Shown here one piece after another: positions 37,601 through 52,919 of a stretch of DNA of 64,000 nucleotides (positions are counted from its first letter, which is position 1; every line of letters begins with the position of its first letter). Below the pieces are notes generated by a model. The model was not told where the DNA came from. It was given only the letters and a program-made list of their open reading frames with translations, and did no database searches. Source of the DNA: Raillietiella orientalis. Taxonomy: Eukaryota. Position numbers and translations under genes: made by a program. The stretch is from contig JAYWIR010000015.1 of NCBI GenBank assembly GCA_036172245.1, positions 248,001-312,000 on the forward strand. Direction: 5' to 3'.

Positions 37601-40600
37601 GACAGTGGAGAGCTTTTTTTCCCGTTCGAAAACAAAAATGGTCGGGTTGGTTTCTTTCCATCCTGTCCGATGCCTTATCTCTCTTCAATCACTTCATCTA
37701 TCTTCACTGAAAAATATCAAGTCCATTCCTTGGCCTTGTCACGGAGCCACCCGGAGACGTAGGGCTCTTGTTTTTGAAATGCTACCATAGAAACGACCGA
37801 TTGCGCTTGGTTTTTGCCTCGTTTGCCTTATCCTCCTCTAGTCCTGGACACTGCGACGGCCTATCCATACTTTTAGCGGATCCAACACCTTGCGAATGCC
37901 CGCTAACTTGGAGTGTGTTTCCATTCCTCAGTTTTCCGGCTTCACTTTCGCTATCCTCCCTGGTTAAGCTCAACACGTGTACACGTTTACCTTAAGAGGG
38001 CTCTTCCACTAGGAAACGTCAGCAAGAGAAATCCTGAGGTGGTGCGTTCAAGCGGTGGGATAGGATCGCAAGCAGATTTTCATTCGATAGCTGGGTGCTA
38101 CCGTCATTCCCGTTACGTTCGCGAAAACAGAACACAGCGTGTCCTGATCCAGTGTTGGTCATGACGAGTCCGTGCTTGGGAACCGGGAAGATTTCAGAAG
38201 AATCAAAAATCGGCACGCATTTTCAAGTCCTTCTTCTCAGCATTTTCGAAGCTGCTGAAGACAAAGACGCACGCATCCTTAACCCTTTATCACTTACAGC
38301 AGTGAATTTTGTGCTTTGCATTTATTTTATGTTCTGCTGTGGCCATTTTACGTGTCGTTGGCCTTTGCTGTTAACAGAGCAGCAGCGCCGAGAAAGACGC
38401 TGAGGAACCATCTCTGTGAGCTCTGGGACTCTGGAGCCGTGAGTTTCTCATGGCGAGTAATCCATTCTTCACCTTGGAAAGCGGGATGTCTTGCAAAACT
38501 TTCATCGTACCAGCGCTGTCGCCGCTGTCAGAATCTGCCAGTGGGCTACGGAATCGACAGTCAGCATGGGTGGGGTCAGCTGAACGGAAGCTGTACTTTA
38601 TGCTCCTCGGCAAATTGTCGGTTGTGTCTTGAAATAACCAATAATCTTCGAGCCAAAGAAAGAGTTGGATTTTTTCGGGCGCGACAGTTTCGGGTCCGCT
38701 TGACAGCAGAGTGGTAGCGGCGCCGCAAGACGCGGAACTGACACAGCCTCCGCTGCTCTGCGTTTGATTTCCCGCAGCCTCCCGATGAGGAAGCGGCGCG
38801 AGTCACCCGTGGAGACGACATCCACGTCAGGAGCCCAGGACTTCGAATGCTTTTAGCGCCTGCCCGTGAGGCGCAGTTCGTGCTTCTGAGATGTTGACTG
38901 CCGCTCCTCAACCTTAAACTCTTGACCCTCGTCTTGTGCTTCTGAACTCCTCCTCACTTCTCCCCTCCCCTCGCCCCGTTCCTTCGCAGTGTGCAGCTTT
39001 ACGAGTTTTATCGCCCACGCGTATTCGACACACTTTCTTCATGCATCTCCATGGAATTTATCATCTATCACTGGGAAGGTGCCATTGATACCGTCTTCTT
39101 CTGTGGCTCCGAAAGGCTTTGGCAGTTTTCCTGTTATAGTGAACTTCCATAAATAAAGGAGCGTGCAGAATGTGTTGTGATTTCTTGTTTTCTTTCGCCA
39201 TTGTCTTCTAAACAAAAACAAATGTTTTTTGTTATTATTTAACCGTTTCGTACGGGAAAGAACATGCAGCGTTCATCTTTCGATGAGCTAATTTCTGTTC
39301 CCCCCCCCCCCTTTTTTTTTTCTTTTTTTCCCCCCGTTTTCAGCTTTCGGTCCCATTTCGCTTTGTCGGAGCAATTTATTTCTCCCCTTTTTCATCTCGG
39401 CTGCCTGTTCGCTTCCGTTTACCACACGCTACCGAGACCATAAGATCGGATGCGTGAATTCGAATTCATGGAGCAAGGAGGCGGTGGGTTCGATTTCTTG
39501 GCAACAAAAAACGTGATAGTACGTGTACTCTTGACCAACTGAGACAAGAGGAAACGCATTGCTGGCCGGTTCTTTCGCTGTGGTCATGTGTGGTGGTCAC
39601 GTTCCATGCCCTCCTTCCAGCAAGATCTCGAGTGTTGTCTTCTTCATCGAGCAGACTGCTCGGTGAGCTGATTCCCCTGCGAGCAAACGCATCTCGCAGC
39701 GATATCTCCCGCATCACTTGGTTTTCCCAGATGTTCCTCAGCAGAGTGCGGGTCGATCTCCAGGCCAATTTCGCGAGATGCTTCTAGCAGAGTGGTCTTT
39801 TTTTTGTGCGCCCGTGCAGGATGGTGTCCCCGTCCCCTTTCACGGGGGACGCTCGGCATTCGTGTTCATAGCTGCTTCTAGGACCCGCATCCCTTGCCAA
39901 CAGCGCCAACATGTGGGGATCTGTGTTCTTCGTGTGTGCATCACACCTTTAGCGCGCAGGACGTGGTCTGTGCGTGCGTTTTGCTGAGGTGGACCTGCAC
40001 TTACGCAGTCATCCAGCCCAGCACCTGTCCAGGCGTCTTCTGCAAATGGATTTCACAGGATCCACGACTGCCAGTAGTAGCCCGTGCTTCTCCAACATTC
40101 ACGCGTTTCCTTCATCCAGATCAATCTCTCACCTGGAGCGCAAAACCGAAGGCCCTCGCCCCAGGATCTGCTTTTGCAAGTACGCAGGAGTGAACGTTTT
40201 CATACATCCTGAGCAAGCGGGATGTATGAGACAAGATTAAATGCTCTTCGAAAAAATGCCAACTCGAAACAGAGGCTTTTTTCGTCGTGAGCTCGATTCC
40301 GTTAAGAATCAGGTGCTGGGCGATGACCTCTGAATCTTGGGAGAACCAACTACTGAGATCGGTTCAGTGATCCGAGGATTGCCACATGACGCAACGAAGT
40401 ATTTCGTGTCCGATGACTACCGTAGATTCCCGGTATTCGTGCTCGACTTGAGTGGGAACCCGGTTCCTGTGTTAGCACTGCATCTGACTGAAAAAGAACA
40501 GGAATTAAAGGAGGATGAAACGAAAACAAAAATCGCGACTCCTTCGATCCCTTTTTCCTCTTGTGCTTTCCTCCTCGCTGGGAAAAAGGACTAACCGAAT

Positions 40601-43600
40601 GATTTCCCCGACAGGAAGGCAGACATCCGTGTCCATCGACTGGCTCAATTTTCTGTATGCGCATGGCTTTTTTTTGTTTTTGAAACCATTTCAGAACTTG
40701 TAAGACCGAAATCAAAAGCTTGGAAAGGCAAACATTCGGCACTTGCCCTGCTGGTCGCCTTCAAAATCGCTTTGTTCAGTCGTGTTTCGTATATCCTGTG
40801 TACACAATGGATTCTCTCATTGGAGCATAAAAAAGGATTCCCTCTTCCTTTTGAGGATTTTGGTGTAAGATTTCCTTGCGGAAGCTATCGGGAAGCCTAG
40901 AATCCCCGAACAAATTCTTGGCTTGGCGTGTCGGTTGCCTCGCAGCAAACGAAAATCCCGCAGTTTTCCGGAGGATGAAGTGGCCATCCTCTCATCCCTG
41001 ACCACTCTCATTCATTCTTCGTGGCTTCGCTACTCGCAGGATACCCCGACAACGTTCGGATGCCGTCTCTTTATCTCCAAACACCCAGAAAACCGACCTC
41101 GTCAGGTGTCGAATCTCTTGATCGATTGCAGCGTCTGACACTCTTCCTGCTGGTTCCTCTCGACCTCTCTTCGCAGCAAATTCAAGGCATGTGGGAATTC
41201 ATCGGCAAGTGCAACGAGAAGACTTTTCGAAGGATTCTTTCGAAGCTGCTTTTCGAGGATGCATCAGTACATTCTTGTTTGGGAATTGGCGATGCAAGGG
41301 TCGAGGTCCAACACGGAGAGAAACAGAGCTACCGAATTTCTTATCCTTAAGCTTCCCTGATCCTTAGGGAGTTAACCAGAATACATCAGACCCAAGACAG
41401 AATTGCGACGCCAGTCTCACCTTCTGGTAGTCACTTGTAGACTACTAGAAGGTGGGATTAAGCATCGTAGGCACAAGTCCTACGATTTTTAGATCGAACT
41501 GCCCGATGATTCTCGAATGAAGGAATCTCGAGCTGAATTTGAAAAACGAGGATGAATTCAAGATTGGGAAAGCAAACTGTTGAAAAATAGGTGGAGCTTT
41601 CTGCTTCCAGAATGGACCACTCCGTTATCACGATCTCGGGTTGTGGACACTTTGCTGCAATTCCTTGGCGCGGTTCCATGAAGGAAGACTCTAAAATTTT
41701 CCGGATTCTCGGAGGAGACCCTGGAGGGTTCCTCGTTCGGTTTCCGGTGATTTTCTTCGCTGGCGCGATGCGCGGCGTCATCGGTTGTGCGTCATTGCAT
41801 GACTGGTTCGAGAAAGAAACACGGCCAGTTTCCTCCTCGTCTCACCAGTGATCACCCATTCGCCTCAGTGGGACTCGAGCTCGAGTTTCGAAGTGGATTT
41901 CAAGTTCGAAAGCGTCGAGTTTACTCGCATCCTAAGCGGATTCCCTTTTCGGGGCCATTCACTCTCGGGGACATCCGAGACTTCTCAGATCCTGGAAACT
42001 ATCAAAGTGGGAAATGCCGATTGATGCTTTCAAATACGCTCTGAATGCATCAATCGGAAGCAGTGAAATTTTATTCATGAGACACGAATAATGAATAAAG
42101 TATGCAATGATGCCAATGAATAAGCGTCTTTTTTCTTTTCAAAAAAAAAAAAAAAACTTCCGAAGGATGTCCTACTACTTCTGCTTGTGCTTTTTTGATC
42201 ATTATTTTTAACGATTTGTTTATTAGCTTAACAAGGTGCTATCGGATTCTTTGATAGATCTGTGCACGCGTCTGCTCTAATGTATCCTTGTTTCCTGACT
42301 TCCATTCACCTGGAAATCCAAGCCATATGAATCTTCAGATCTCATGACAGTGACGAATACATCGCATGCCGTAGTCATTTTATTGAAAGAAGGCACTTTT
42401 CTGGATCCCCTCGTGAATGGATGCGCCTTCTTAATGTATTGCTCCCGGTTATCCAGATTACCAACTAGCATAGAGACCCCTATGATTATTTTATTTTCTT
42501 ATGAGATAAATTTCTGCTTTATCTGCAAGCGCCTGCTTTTGGCATGAATTTCTTTCACCGCTTCTCTCGAGTTTGCTGAGGACCATCAAGATTTTCCTCA
42601 ACGTCTATTTTTCCGCCGTTTTCGTCTGTAACAAAACTTCGGATTCTTTTAGAGGGAGCTTCGAGTTCCACAGCACTCGGAGGTTGCGCATTGAAGCCTT
42701 GGGATTTTCTGGATTTGCTGTTCCTCATTGTCCTGAAGGATCACCATGCCGCTCAAAGCTAAATTAAAAACGAATGTATGCTCAGCAACGATTGTACGCT
42801 TTCCTTCTGGTTCCTTCGGGCTGACCGAGCAATGTCTGCCTCGTTCGCTCCTTCCGTGATGAGGGAGCACTCTGATTTGCCCGGTGGAAACGTCTCCGGA
42901 AACTCAAGGCCTGCCAAGCCTGACATTCAGAGCCTCTCTATCGCCGAGAAATATACTCCAAACCATTGCTGTTTTTCCATCCGTTTTCGTGTTTTGGAGT
43001 CTCTTTGCGCCTACTCTCAAGTACGAAGTGAACCTTCAAGGCTCTCTTTACTCTGGCTGGCTTTCGTGTACGGAAATCTGGATTCGGGTTCTCATCTCGT
43101 TTTCCGAATTGGTGTACCTACCCACCCATCCGAGAGGTGGCTGATGGACGGAGGACACCTTTGCCGGCAGCTGAGCTTCTGGGTAACTTTTGATGATGCT
43201 CGGTTGTCCGTTGAGCTTCCTGCCCAGCTTCCTTAAAAAGTGTTGGATAGGTCACTTCTTTAACGCCGCCAGACACTGGCAGGTCCGCAATCTGCTGCTG
43301 CTCATACAGCTAGCCTTTTTTTTTCCCCTGCAACACCTTCTGAGCACCGCTTTTCACAACCTGGTTCCGGAAAGTGCTTGCAGAATATGCCGAAGATATT
43401 GGTTGGAGAGAAGGACTCTGCAGTTGCAGATGCATGTGGGGGAAAAAACGAGGAAATGGCTAGAGGAAGCGTCGATGACGTCTTCCTGCATCGAGCGAAT
43501 CTCCTTTCTTTTTCGAAGGTGATGTTTCAGCAGGCTTGCATTTCGACAGCCCAACAAACTCGTGCGTACCTATTGACGGGAGGTAGGAGCCAGCAATGAG

Positions 43601-46029
43601 GAGCTACCTGTTCATTCCGACGTTTCAAAACACTGAGGTGTTTCACAGTCGGCGCTCTGCACCGATTTTGCTGCTCTTTCATCGCTATGGCGTGAGCGAA
43701 GTCGCTCCGGATGCCGCACAAACATTTCCCATGAGCGAAATCCCCGTCGACTTTATTAAAGAGCCTCGCTCGGACGGATTCAGACTCGGATCGTTGGAAT
43801 CACAAAGGACCAACCATGCCGAATCTCATTCCTCTGAATTTACGGAAAGATCTCCGCCGGGGAGAATGGCTATAAGACCTCCAAGTTCACAGGGAACGCG
43901 AGTCGGGATTTTTCGCGTGGTTTTCAAGACCTCTCACTTGAGGATCAGATTCTGCAGCTGTCCCGGCTTCCGGGTGCGATCGCTCTTAACCTCGATCCTC
44001 CTGCAACACGGAGCCGAAGATGTCGTTGTCTCTGGCTTCGAAGGTCCTGCCCCTTCAAAATTCTTCTCCTTCGGTAATCTCTTCTTTCCCTTTACTTTCG
44101 GGAATTTCTCTGGAGTCTGTAATTTGAAGAGAGACTTTGTCGATGCCTGAGGTTGTCTTTTCTAGAGGAATTCTACTGACTCTCTTCCCCGGCTCAGTTA
44201 CGACGCAGAAAATCAGCTTGGTTCTCCTCCGCAAATTTTTGGGACGTAGGATTCGAGTGCCGCGTATCCGTTCCGGAATTTCTCGTCTTTTTTCCTCCTC
44301 CCAATCGGACAGGACGTCAGGAGCGGAACGGAGGGGGAGGGAGAAATCCTTCATTTAAAGCCGGCGCTCGCTGTTGCAGTCCTTTCGCAAATGCGGTCGA
44401 TTCGGTTGATGAAGATCGTCCACAACCTCGGCAACGCGCGAAGCGTATCTCAGCAGCACCGGCGAGTTCGGCTTTCGTTCCTCGGACTCAAATGGGGAGA
44501 TGCCCTCCTTTCTTTTGCGGGCTATAGCTTGATGTCCTGCTTGGAACCGAGCCATCCCGAACGACGGTGCGCGTTCACGTTTCATTTCTTTCCCTTTTCA
44601 GTCGTTCGAAAGTCCCGTTATCGTTAACGGCGCACGTGTCCCCGGACTTCGCGCCATGTGCTCCATCAGGCTGTCACCGGAAAAAGTCCGCAGTCTTTCC
44701 ACTTCGGTTCCCAAAAGTTGGTTCCCCCAGTTGTCCTCGGGTCGGTGCTTCCGCTGTCTTGAATTTCCACTTCCTGCAAGTGCTTCGGCGGTTCCGAAAC
44801 TCCGAATCCAGTCTGAAACTTAGCGATGGTGGAACCCCTGGCTGCTTTGCGCTTATCCTCAAAGGACCAAAGTGCTCTCCAGAGCGCATGCACGTGCAGC
44901 GTCCGAACCTGCTTCTGCCCTTACGCCGTGTGATGGGAGGTGATGGAGGTGGTTCATGCGGTGCCTCTTCCTGTCTGCCGTTTGTTTCCCTTCGTGTGAC
45001 AACCACATTAGTGCGAAAATCCGAGCCTTCAGAAAATCGGAAAAGAAAGAAGTGGATCAGCACAAGACTGCTTCGTCCACGGATCTCGGTAAAGGCAGAC
45101 GAACCGCATTGGAGCAAACGTTGTACTACCCTGATGTCTCCCTGTGTCTTCACAGATAACGGAAACATTTGGTGCTTGTTGTGGTTGTTGGCTTGTTCGT
45201 CACTGTTGTTTCCGGGGGCAGTTTATCTCAGAGAGTTGGAAGATTCACTGCGTTTTCCCATTCGTGTTGGTCTGGATTGGAGTTATTGCTTAATCCTAAA
45301 GACCTGATCCGATGCTTATTTCACCAGTTTCCTGTTCTCCTGCTCACTGTTCATGGACTCCATGGACAGTCTTCTTTCTTGCTTTCAAGCAAAGAGAGCT
45401 TTGCCTCGGAAGTTGCGTTTGCAAATGGCACTTGGCAGTGACGTAAAGGCCCGAGACAGTTTATCACGAAGATGGAAGAATTCTTTCGTGAAAGAAGTAG
45501 GCAAAAAAAAAAAAAGAGGAAACGAAAAGAAACGCAGTGACATCCCTCTGCATTCACTCGGAACCAAAATCAACCAGAAGGTGGTTGTTTGGCTGGTTCC
45601 AAACACCTACTTCTCCGCAGAGCCACCTCACCACTGCGGTATAGATGCTGTGGTCAGTCGTAACTATCCGGTTGTCCTTCGGGGAAGCGACGCACCAGCT
45701 TCCTGGTACCATGGAAACGACAGGTGTCTCCTTCGTGAGGAAGTCTGGAAACGTGGTTTTCGACCTCATACGCCCGGATTCGCTGCTGTTTTTCAAGGTG
45801 TTCTTCCCAAACAGAGAGCGGTTTATCCACCAGGAAGTCTCCTCGCTTGATTTGTGTTCCCGGGACCGGCAGGAAGCGGGATGTAGAGGCGCTTTATGCG
45901 GAATGCGAACTTGATAGGGTCGGCTCGGTGAGAATACGCGTCTCTTTTCAGCGGGATCCCCTGCGCGCGAGGCGTAATGTGTTTTCCCAATCGAGAACCC
46001 CTTTTTGCTTTCCGAAATTTATTGCACTG

Positions 46030-46063
<34 letters not shown>

Positions 46064-49000
46064 CTTGAAAAAAAAAAAAAAAAAGTCAGATAAATCGATA
46101 AATATCTTTCCTTGCATTCAAGAAACATAAAGGTATTTTCCTTTCGTTCTCATCCATCTCGTAGTTTGTTTTCCTGCAAAGTTTGTCTTCGTTTGAAAAT
46201 AGGTCTTTCCCCTTATGAGTGCATCCATTTCTAATGCGTGAAGGCTTTTTGCTCAACCTCCTGGAATGAATTGTAGGGGATGTTCCCTTCGAAGAAAATC
46301 TTCCAGGAGCACGATGCAGAAACATGGTCGTGCCGAAATTTATGGTCAGGATCAGATGCCGTTGCAAGTGGATGTTCCAGTTTGCGAGAGAGTCCGAGAA
46401 AGATTTATACCTTGGAATGCAAGTCCACGCCATCCGCGCGGAGCCAAAACAGGAAAGAAAAAAAAAAAAAACTCCTTTGTCGGGGAGACGTTCCCGATTC
46501 TCCGTGATTCCCGACTTGGGAACAAACACGGAAGGGGGACCTGCAGTCGAAACGCAAGTCCGGGCAACCGTCCAGCCTGATTGCGAGGGGAAGGCGTGCG
46601 CTTCAAGACAGATCAAGGGTCTGAAGACTCGGTTAATCCTACCCCTCGTTCCTTCACGGTCAGACCTGCCCTCCGTGGTCCGGTGACCCTACCCGGGAAT
46701 CTCGTAAGGAAACGTGAGCAGAGTATGCCTCGGAGCTCTGAGAACAAAGTCACCATTCGAATGACCAACGAGTACCTAAAATGGACTGCCCCTTTTTTCC
46801 AGCCAAGGAAGGCAAGAAATTGCCATGCCTTAGGGAAACCTGACCACCGAAAGAGCCCCCCTTCCGTGAATCGCAAGCACGTTCCCCCCAATTTGAAGCC
46901 TCGGGAAGCTGAACGGTCGCCGTCCTCGGAGCTGCGATTCCGTGCTCTTTCCATCCGTTACACGTGGCAGCGGCGGAGATGCTCCGACGAACAAAAGTGG
47001 ATGGGATGGAAACGCATTTCCTTCGTGCGCACTCATCCCAGATTGCAGCTTCCCGGGACCACCTCGCTCTTTCTATCGCCTCTCGCTGTTGCCGTGGGTC
47101 TTCCTTCATCCAGTTCGAAATGACCTCGAGATGCGCATGCGCGCAATGCTCTCCTCTATGGTGCTGGTAGCCTTCAGGCTTTTGGAATGAGGACGAAAAC
47201 GCCTCTCTGGAGAAAGAAAACTGTACCTTCCTCAAAGGAGGAGAACCTCCTTTCTGCATCCACCGACAGATTCTCTGATGTGCTCCAGGAACGGATGACA
47301 TTATCCTGACGCCCATCTTCAAAGTGTTTTTTTTTTTCTTTCTCTCAACTAAGAGCTTCTTCCTTCTCCTTCTCCAAACCTGTACTCTTCTTGAAGAATT
47401 CATCCCTTCTTGAAGAGGCGGAATCGTCCGTCTCGAAATTCACTCCGACTGAAGCTGCTGAAGCCGAGCTTCTTCGGATGCATAACTTTGAACCTCGTGT
47501 CGTCGGGTTGCTCTTCACGCGGCTGATCTCCCACAGCACAGTTTCCTGGAAGCCGATGCGCTGCAGCATCCGCGTCTACGTAGGGCAGAGGCAGAACGGA
47601 CTTTCAGGCTCGGGAAACCTCGTGTCGAGCGACCCAAAGACCGAAGGGACGGCGGCCTCGCGCCGGAAGCGTCCAAGTGTCCCGCTGGTATTCTGAAACA
47701 GTTTCGAATAATGTTCCGCAGTGGTGCCCGTGTTTGCTCGTGCCCGGGCCGATGACGTTTGAACTTTCGGCAAGGGGGGTGGGGGGAGACTCGGGTTTCG
47801 AAGAGCGCACGATCACCTCTCCACGAGTGAGCCACAAGAATTTTCGCAAATGGGTTTTCGAGATGCGCATTTTTTCCTCTGTTCAAATATTTATTCAGCT
47901 CGCCAAACTATTTCGCGTCATGCACTGGAGGAGCTCCGCATCCGAACCCACTCCCACGTTCCAGCGGCTGAGGAGGAAGTTCAGCCGGCAGCGCTGTGGG
48001 CAACAAATAGATTTATACCTAAATATGATTGCTACATGTGATCTCGATGCTGATTTGAGATCGTAAATTCGTTCCGAAGTCCATTCTATCTCTAGGCGCC
48101 TCGAATAGCTTCATAGTTACAATGTGTCCTTCCGTTTATTGCAATCTTCAAGAGTAGCCAGCCGTTTAACAACTGCTTGATGAATACCCTTTCCGTTTGT
48201 AATGATTACGTCTAGTTCTGCTCTTAAACAGAACGGCGAGAAGCCGGAAATATTGCAGGCTGTAATGATAGGTGTCGCTAAGAAATCGTTTCATGTCCTG
48301 CGGTGATGAAATGGTTTGTTTCTTGTTCGGGTACAATTATCCGTATGTCTGCTCTACCTACCATGTATTTAACTTTCCAGCTTTTGAGGGTGGCATGAAA
48401 TTTGTTCTTGTGTATGTGCAGGGACTTACGAATCTCTTGCGGCTCTCAGAAGGAAAGGCACACACGAAATGGTTGCATAAGAGACGGTTACCTATTTTGT
48501 TTGTATATAAAATTCTGACGGAATGCTGAAGTGATCCCTGTGGCGTCTGCCATTTGGAAATCCTTGAAATCTTTGGAGAAACGATGCGTTCGCCCTGTAC
48601 CTATGAAGCTACATGCCTGCTCATGTGTGTGTCACGTGTGTGTGTGTGTGTGTGCGTGCGTGTGTGCTTTACTGCATTTGCCGAGATCTCACACCAGCTT
48701 CAATAGCTCGATGCTGTCTCATTTAATTCCATGCTCCCGTAACTACCCTAATTAGAAGGTGTTTTAACATATGTTTTTGCCCCCAAAGCACCAAGATCCT
48801 GCCTTTTATGTTTGTTGTCGGGCATGTTTATGCCGTTGCAATTCAGCTACCATGGCATTACCCGAATGGTGGCTCGTGATGAAGGGAACCCCAAACTAAT
48901 GCTGATCACCGGGTACTATCAGTACGATCCTTTAGGAGTACGCGAAAATCCGTATCGACGCGCATCGCATCAGATCGATGCCGAAGATACGGAAATTGCC

Positions 49001-52000
49001 GATCGCCGGACTCGGCATGTTTCTTCCAAGGCGAATACCTGGAGAAAGATTGTTTTCTCGAAAGAAATTATTTATCGCGTTTGCGAATTATTCTAATAAT
49101 AAGCTCTAAGCTCGCACTGATGTTCAGAAATTACACATCTGGCCACGTGGAAAATGACACGTTCGAAGGAAAACCTCGCCTTCCCCAGCATGTGGAAAAT
49201 ATATGCGTTTGTTCCCTTGTTTCGCGGTTTCCTTTTGGAAGCATGGGGAACCCGTGAAGACGGCTAGCTGGTCTGTAAAGGATGGTTTCGATCCCACGAA
49301 ACTCAGGCTGGCCTCTCACTTTTGTTCCTCCCGTGTGTTTGCCTTCCAGGATCTGTTTGAAATCTCCTGGGTAGAGGTCATGGTCGCGGCCTGGGCCTGG
49401 GCCCTGGGCAAGATGCGGCTTTCAGAGATCCGCGAAAGTCATAAGCGGAGTTCTGATTTATTCTTTCCTCGCGTTGATATGGCTGGAGATCTCGAAAGCA
49501 GTGGCAGCTGGATGCTGCTTTTCGTAGATCCTAGGATGGCTCGAAATCGCAAGAAATCACTGGCTGCCATCCTCCATGGATTCGCACCTGCGTCTCACAG
49601 CATCCAAGGAGGTAACGTCCTTGCGCGTCCAACATTCCTTGACATCCTTACTGCGAATCCTGGGGTAGGGTTGATGCCGCGGGATGAAGCTCTTCAAATC
49701 GGATGCATTTTGTGCCTCACTTGGCACCAGGGGAGAGCGACGCCTCCCCTGGTGACCTCATGTTTTCAATCATGTCATTGCTTTTATATAATCTGCATTA
49801 GAAATAGAATTTCGCCCTTATCCTAGTCACGATGGATTTCTTTTTCTTTTTTCCCTTTTTTGTCCTTGAAATCCGCTTCCTTCTTTATATGCCATTATCG
49901 TCTTCTCCATGGGAACAGAGCACCAGAGAAGGAAAGAGATTCGTTTAAAGATTCCTCTGTCGACAAAAGCAGTTTTCAGTATCATTTTCTATAAGGACAC
50001 TATTGTATAAATAGGGTCTTTTTGACGATATTCATTCGTTTGCTGTCCTAACCCGTCCCGCCAATACATGCAAACGACGAGCGCCAACGTTCACCGTTTG
50101 CATTCCTGACGTCGGCCTTCATTCCGAATTGGGTCGGTTTCTGGAGCAAACTTGGGAATTTATGAAAATTGTCATTCTTTTCCCCGAATGTTGAAGTGGA
50201 AATTGACTTCTCCATTTCGGGATTCGGGGTCCGCCGTTGCCATTTTCCTTTTGCCATGCTCACCGTTTGTTTTCCATTCTTTTTCTTCCAGGCCATGCTG
50301 GAAGGTTTAAGAATCACGTGTTTACGTGATTTTTCATTACATACATATGCGATGAAATGAAAAGCAGGACACCCGTACGTGCATTTTGATTGCCGGATGA
50401 AATATGTACGCCCTCTAATTGCTTGCACTTTGAGATTTTTGTATCATGGAACACGTTGCGTACGAGGAGGACTCGTAATCCAAGAAGGTTGCGCCACACG
50501 AGTGCAATCCCGAGGTCCCGTGGTGAGGAATCCTCCGCGAAACGCAGCTTTCCTTTAGGGAATGAAACGTGCAGGCACAAATGGGGAAACCTTGGACTGC
50601 AGATGACCGCTTTTCTCGAAAATTTTTTTGCGCGTTGCCATGGTGTTTTCGTACGGAATGTTTCCGCGCAGACATGCATACGTCAGTCTTGGAACTCTTT
50701 CCGATGACAGTCTTCAGGAAATTACGGCAAACGGAGTATTGACTACGGCTGTAAACACGATGGGGGTTTCGAGCTCCCTATACCGAAGGCAGGGTATACG
50801 TGCAAATTACATGTCGATAGGATGATAATGGAGCAAGAAATGCTCGGCTGGAATTACACGGGAGTTGCTGCTCTGCAGGTCGAAGCTTTCGAGGAATGCT
50901 TTTTGTGTTGTGGTACGATACACTTCGTAAATAGGGTTGTGTTCCATGTTTGCAAGCACGCCGAGCCAAATGGCCTCTTGCAGCACAGTCAGTCGTCCGG
51001 GAATCCGTTTAGAGACTTTAGGCTCGCACATGTGCATGTTCTTGGCCGTTTTTGGTATTCCATAATCTTTTCCCGTGGAATTCAAAATGAAGGGAACGAT
51101 CAGACAGGCAGTTTTTCCATTTCATTTGTGTGTGTATACTTGCGGTGCACGTTGCACGGCGCATTCCAGAATGTTTCCTTAATTTCAACTTTTTCATTTG
51201 TTAAAGAAAAAACAGAGAGAGAGAGAGAGAGGAAAAATTGTCTGTGGTGCTGTGCTGTCGGAACGCGCATTACATGGGGGATGGGCATAATGCGCTTGGT
51301 CTTCTGTGGTCCAACTTCCGTACTTGATTTTCATTGTGGCAAGTGCTCCAGTTACCTCCATCAACGATCTCCCTTCCTTAATCATGTTTTTTTTTTTTTT
51401 TTTTACCTATTACAACTTCTAAAATGGATGAGTTCCGTGAGAGCTGCGTTCGTAGCGAACGATTCCCCAACCAAAGCATTTTGTCCTCAAATCTCTATAA
51501 AATTCCACGCAAAAGAGTCTCAGGCAGAAGACATGGTTTTTGCAAGTCGATGCAAGAGTTCGATTCTCACTTTCCCATTCAGTCGTCATTTCCCTAAGAG
51601 GAATGGGGGGGAGGAGGGGGGAGATCTACTGAATTCTAACAAGTTAAGTAAATAAAGGGAAAACCTAACTGGAATTCCTTGTTAACCCGGAATGTCGAGC
51701 AAATTATTGGTGCTTCGGAAAAGCGCAAAGTCGTGATTTTTCTCGTTCCCAAAGCAACAGAGGTATAAATCACCGTTAAGTGATTACGAAAGTTGAGCAG
51801 AGAGCATGCTGACCAAGTTAATTCCGACGTGTCCGTTCCTTGTCCAGGCGGAACCGAAGTGTGCCTGCCCGGCTCTGGAATGTGATGGAAGCGGGATTTA
51901 AGCGCTCCGGACTTTATTGCGAGGATACCAATTCGCTTTTTGACCCTTGCGAATTTCCGGCGTGCTCTTTTGGCGAGAGCGGTCCACGCTGAAGCTGATA

Positions 52001-52292
52001 CGCAGACTTCTTCTGGTTTGCCGTTCCTATGTTCGGCAAATCACTAAGGAAGTGATTACATATTGCATAAATCAATTCTTGAGATCCGAAAGCAGAAAAC
52101 AATAAACCCTACGAATTACTAAATCATCGTGGGCAAACTTCAAAGGATTGTTCCCTCCTAAGAGTTGTTTGTTATTTGCATTTCAGTTTAGGAATCCCAT
52201 TTCTAGAATAAACACGAGACACTGTTATGCAAAGTTGCTGCGAAAACAGGACGATGATTTGATTTTTTACATGTCCTTTCTTTTTTTTTTTT

Positions 52293-52328
<36 letters not shown>

Positions 52329-52919
52329 GGAAATTTTCGTCTCGTGGACAAAGAAAAGCATTTTATTGCAGCTGTTCGGAACCAAAGTAAATTTTATTTT
52401 GCATTTTTTCCAAATTCGGGTTTTTGCATCTGTGATGCAAAATCGTCACGGCTGTGTTTTTGATGCAAGACCAGGGCAGCTCGCCTGCAAAGAGGGAGTA
52501 GTTCTCTTATCGTCCGCTAGATCGTGCTGTCATGGCCTCACCACGGAGAAACCCCGAAATGCCTACCGTCCGCGAGCGCGAGCGATGATGATGGCTGCAT
52601 TTCTTCACAGCCAACACGCGAAAGCAAAGCATTCGTGTGAAACATCCACGTGTGGGATTTATTCCTCTTTTTCGGACTACGGATTTTTCTTTATCGGGAA
52701 GTCTAACGATCCTTTCTAACAGCAGGTCAAATTCGGAACTCGCTTTGTCAGCAGCGCGCTGCTCAAAGTTCCCGATGGAGAACGAATTCGCGGATAATCA
52801 AACTACTTAAACACACTTTGGGTGTACATTATTATCTGCCTGCGACCGTTGGTGTTCGTGTTCGAGAAAATAATCTCGTGCACACCTTCAAATGTTTGTT
52901 TTCAAAAAAGAGGAAAACA

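Noticed and set aside
40545..40610. HDV-ribozyme-like CCTCCTCGCTGG
   Set aside because: The P1 pairing is low-complexity, and the P1.1 GG and P2 are missing.
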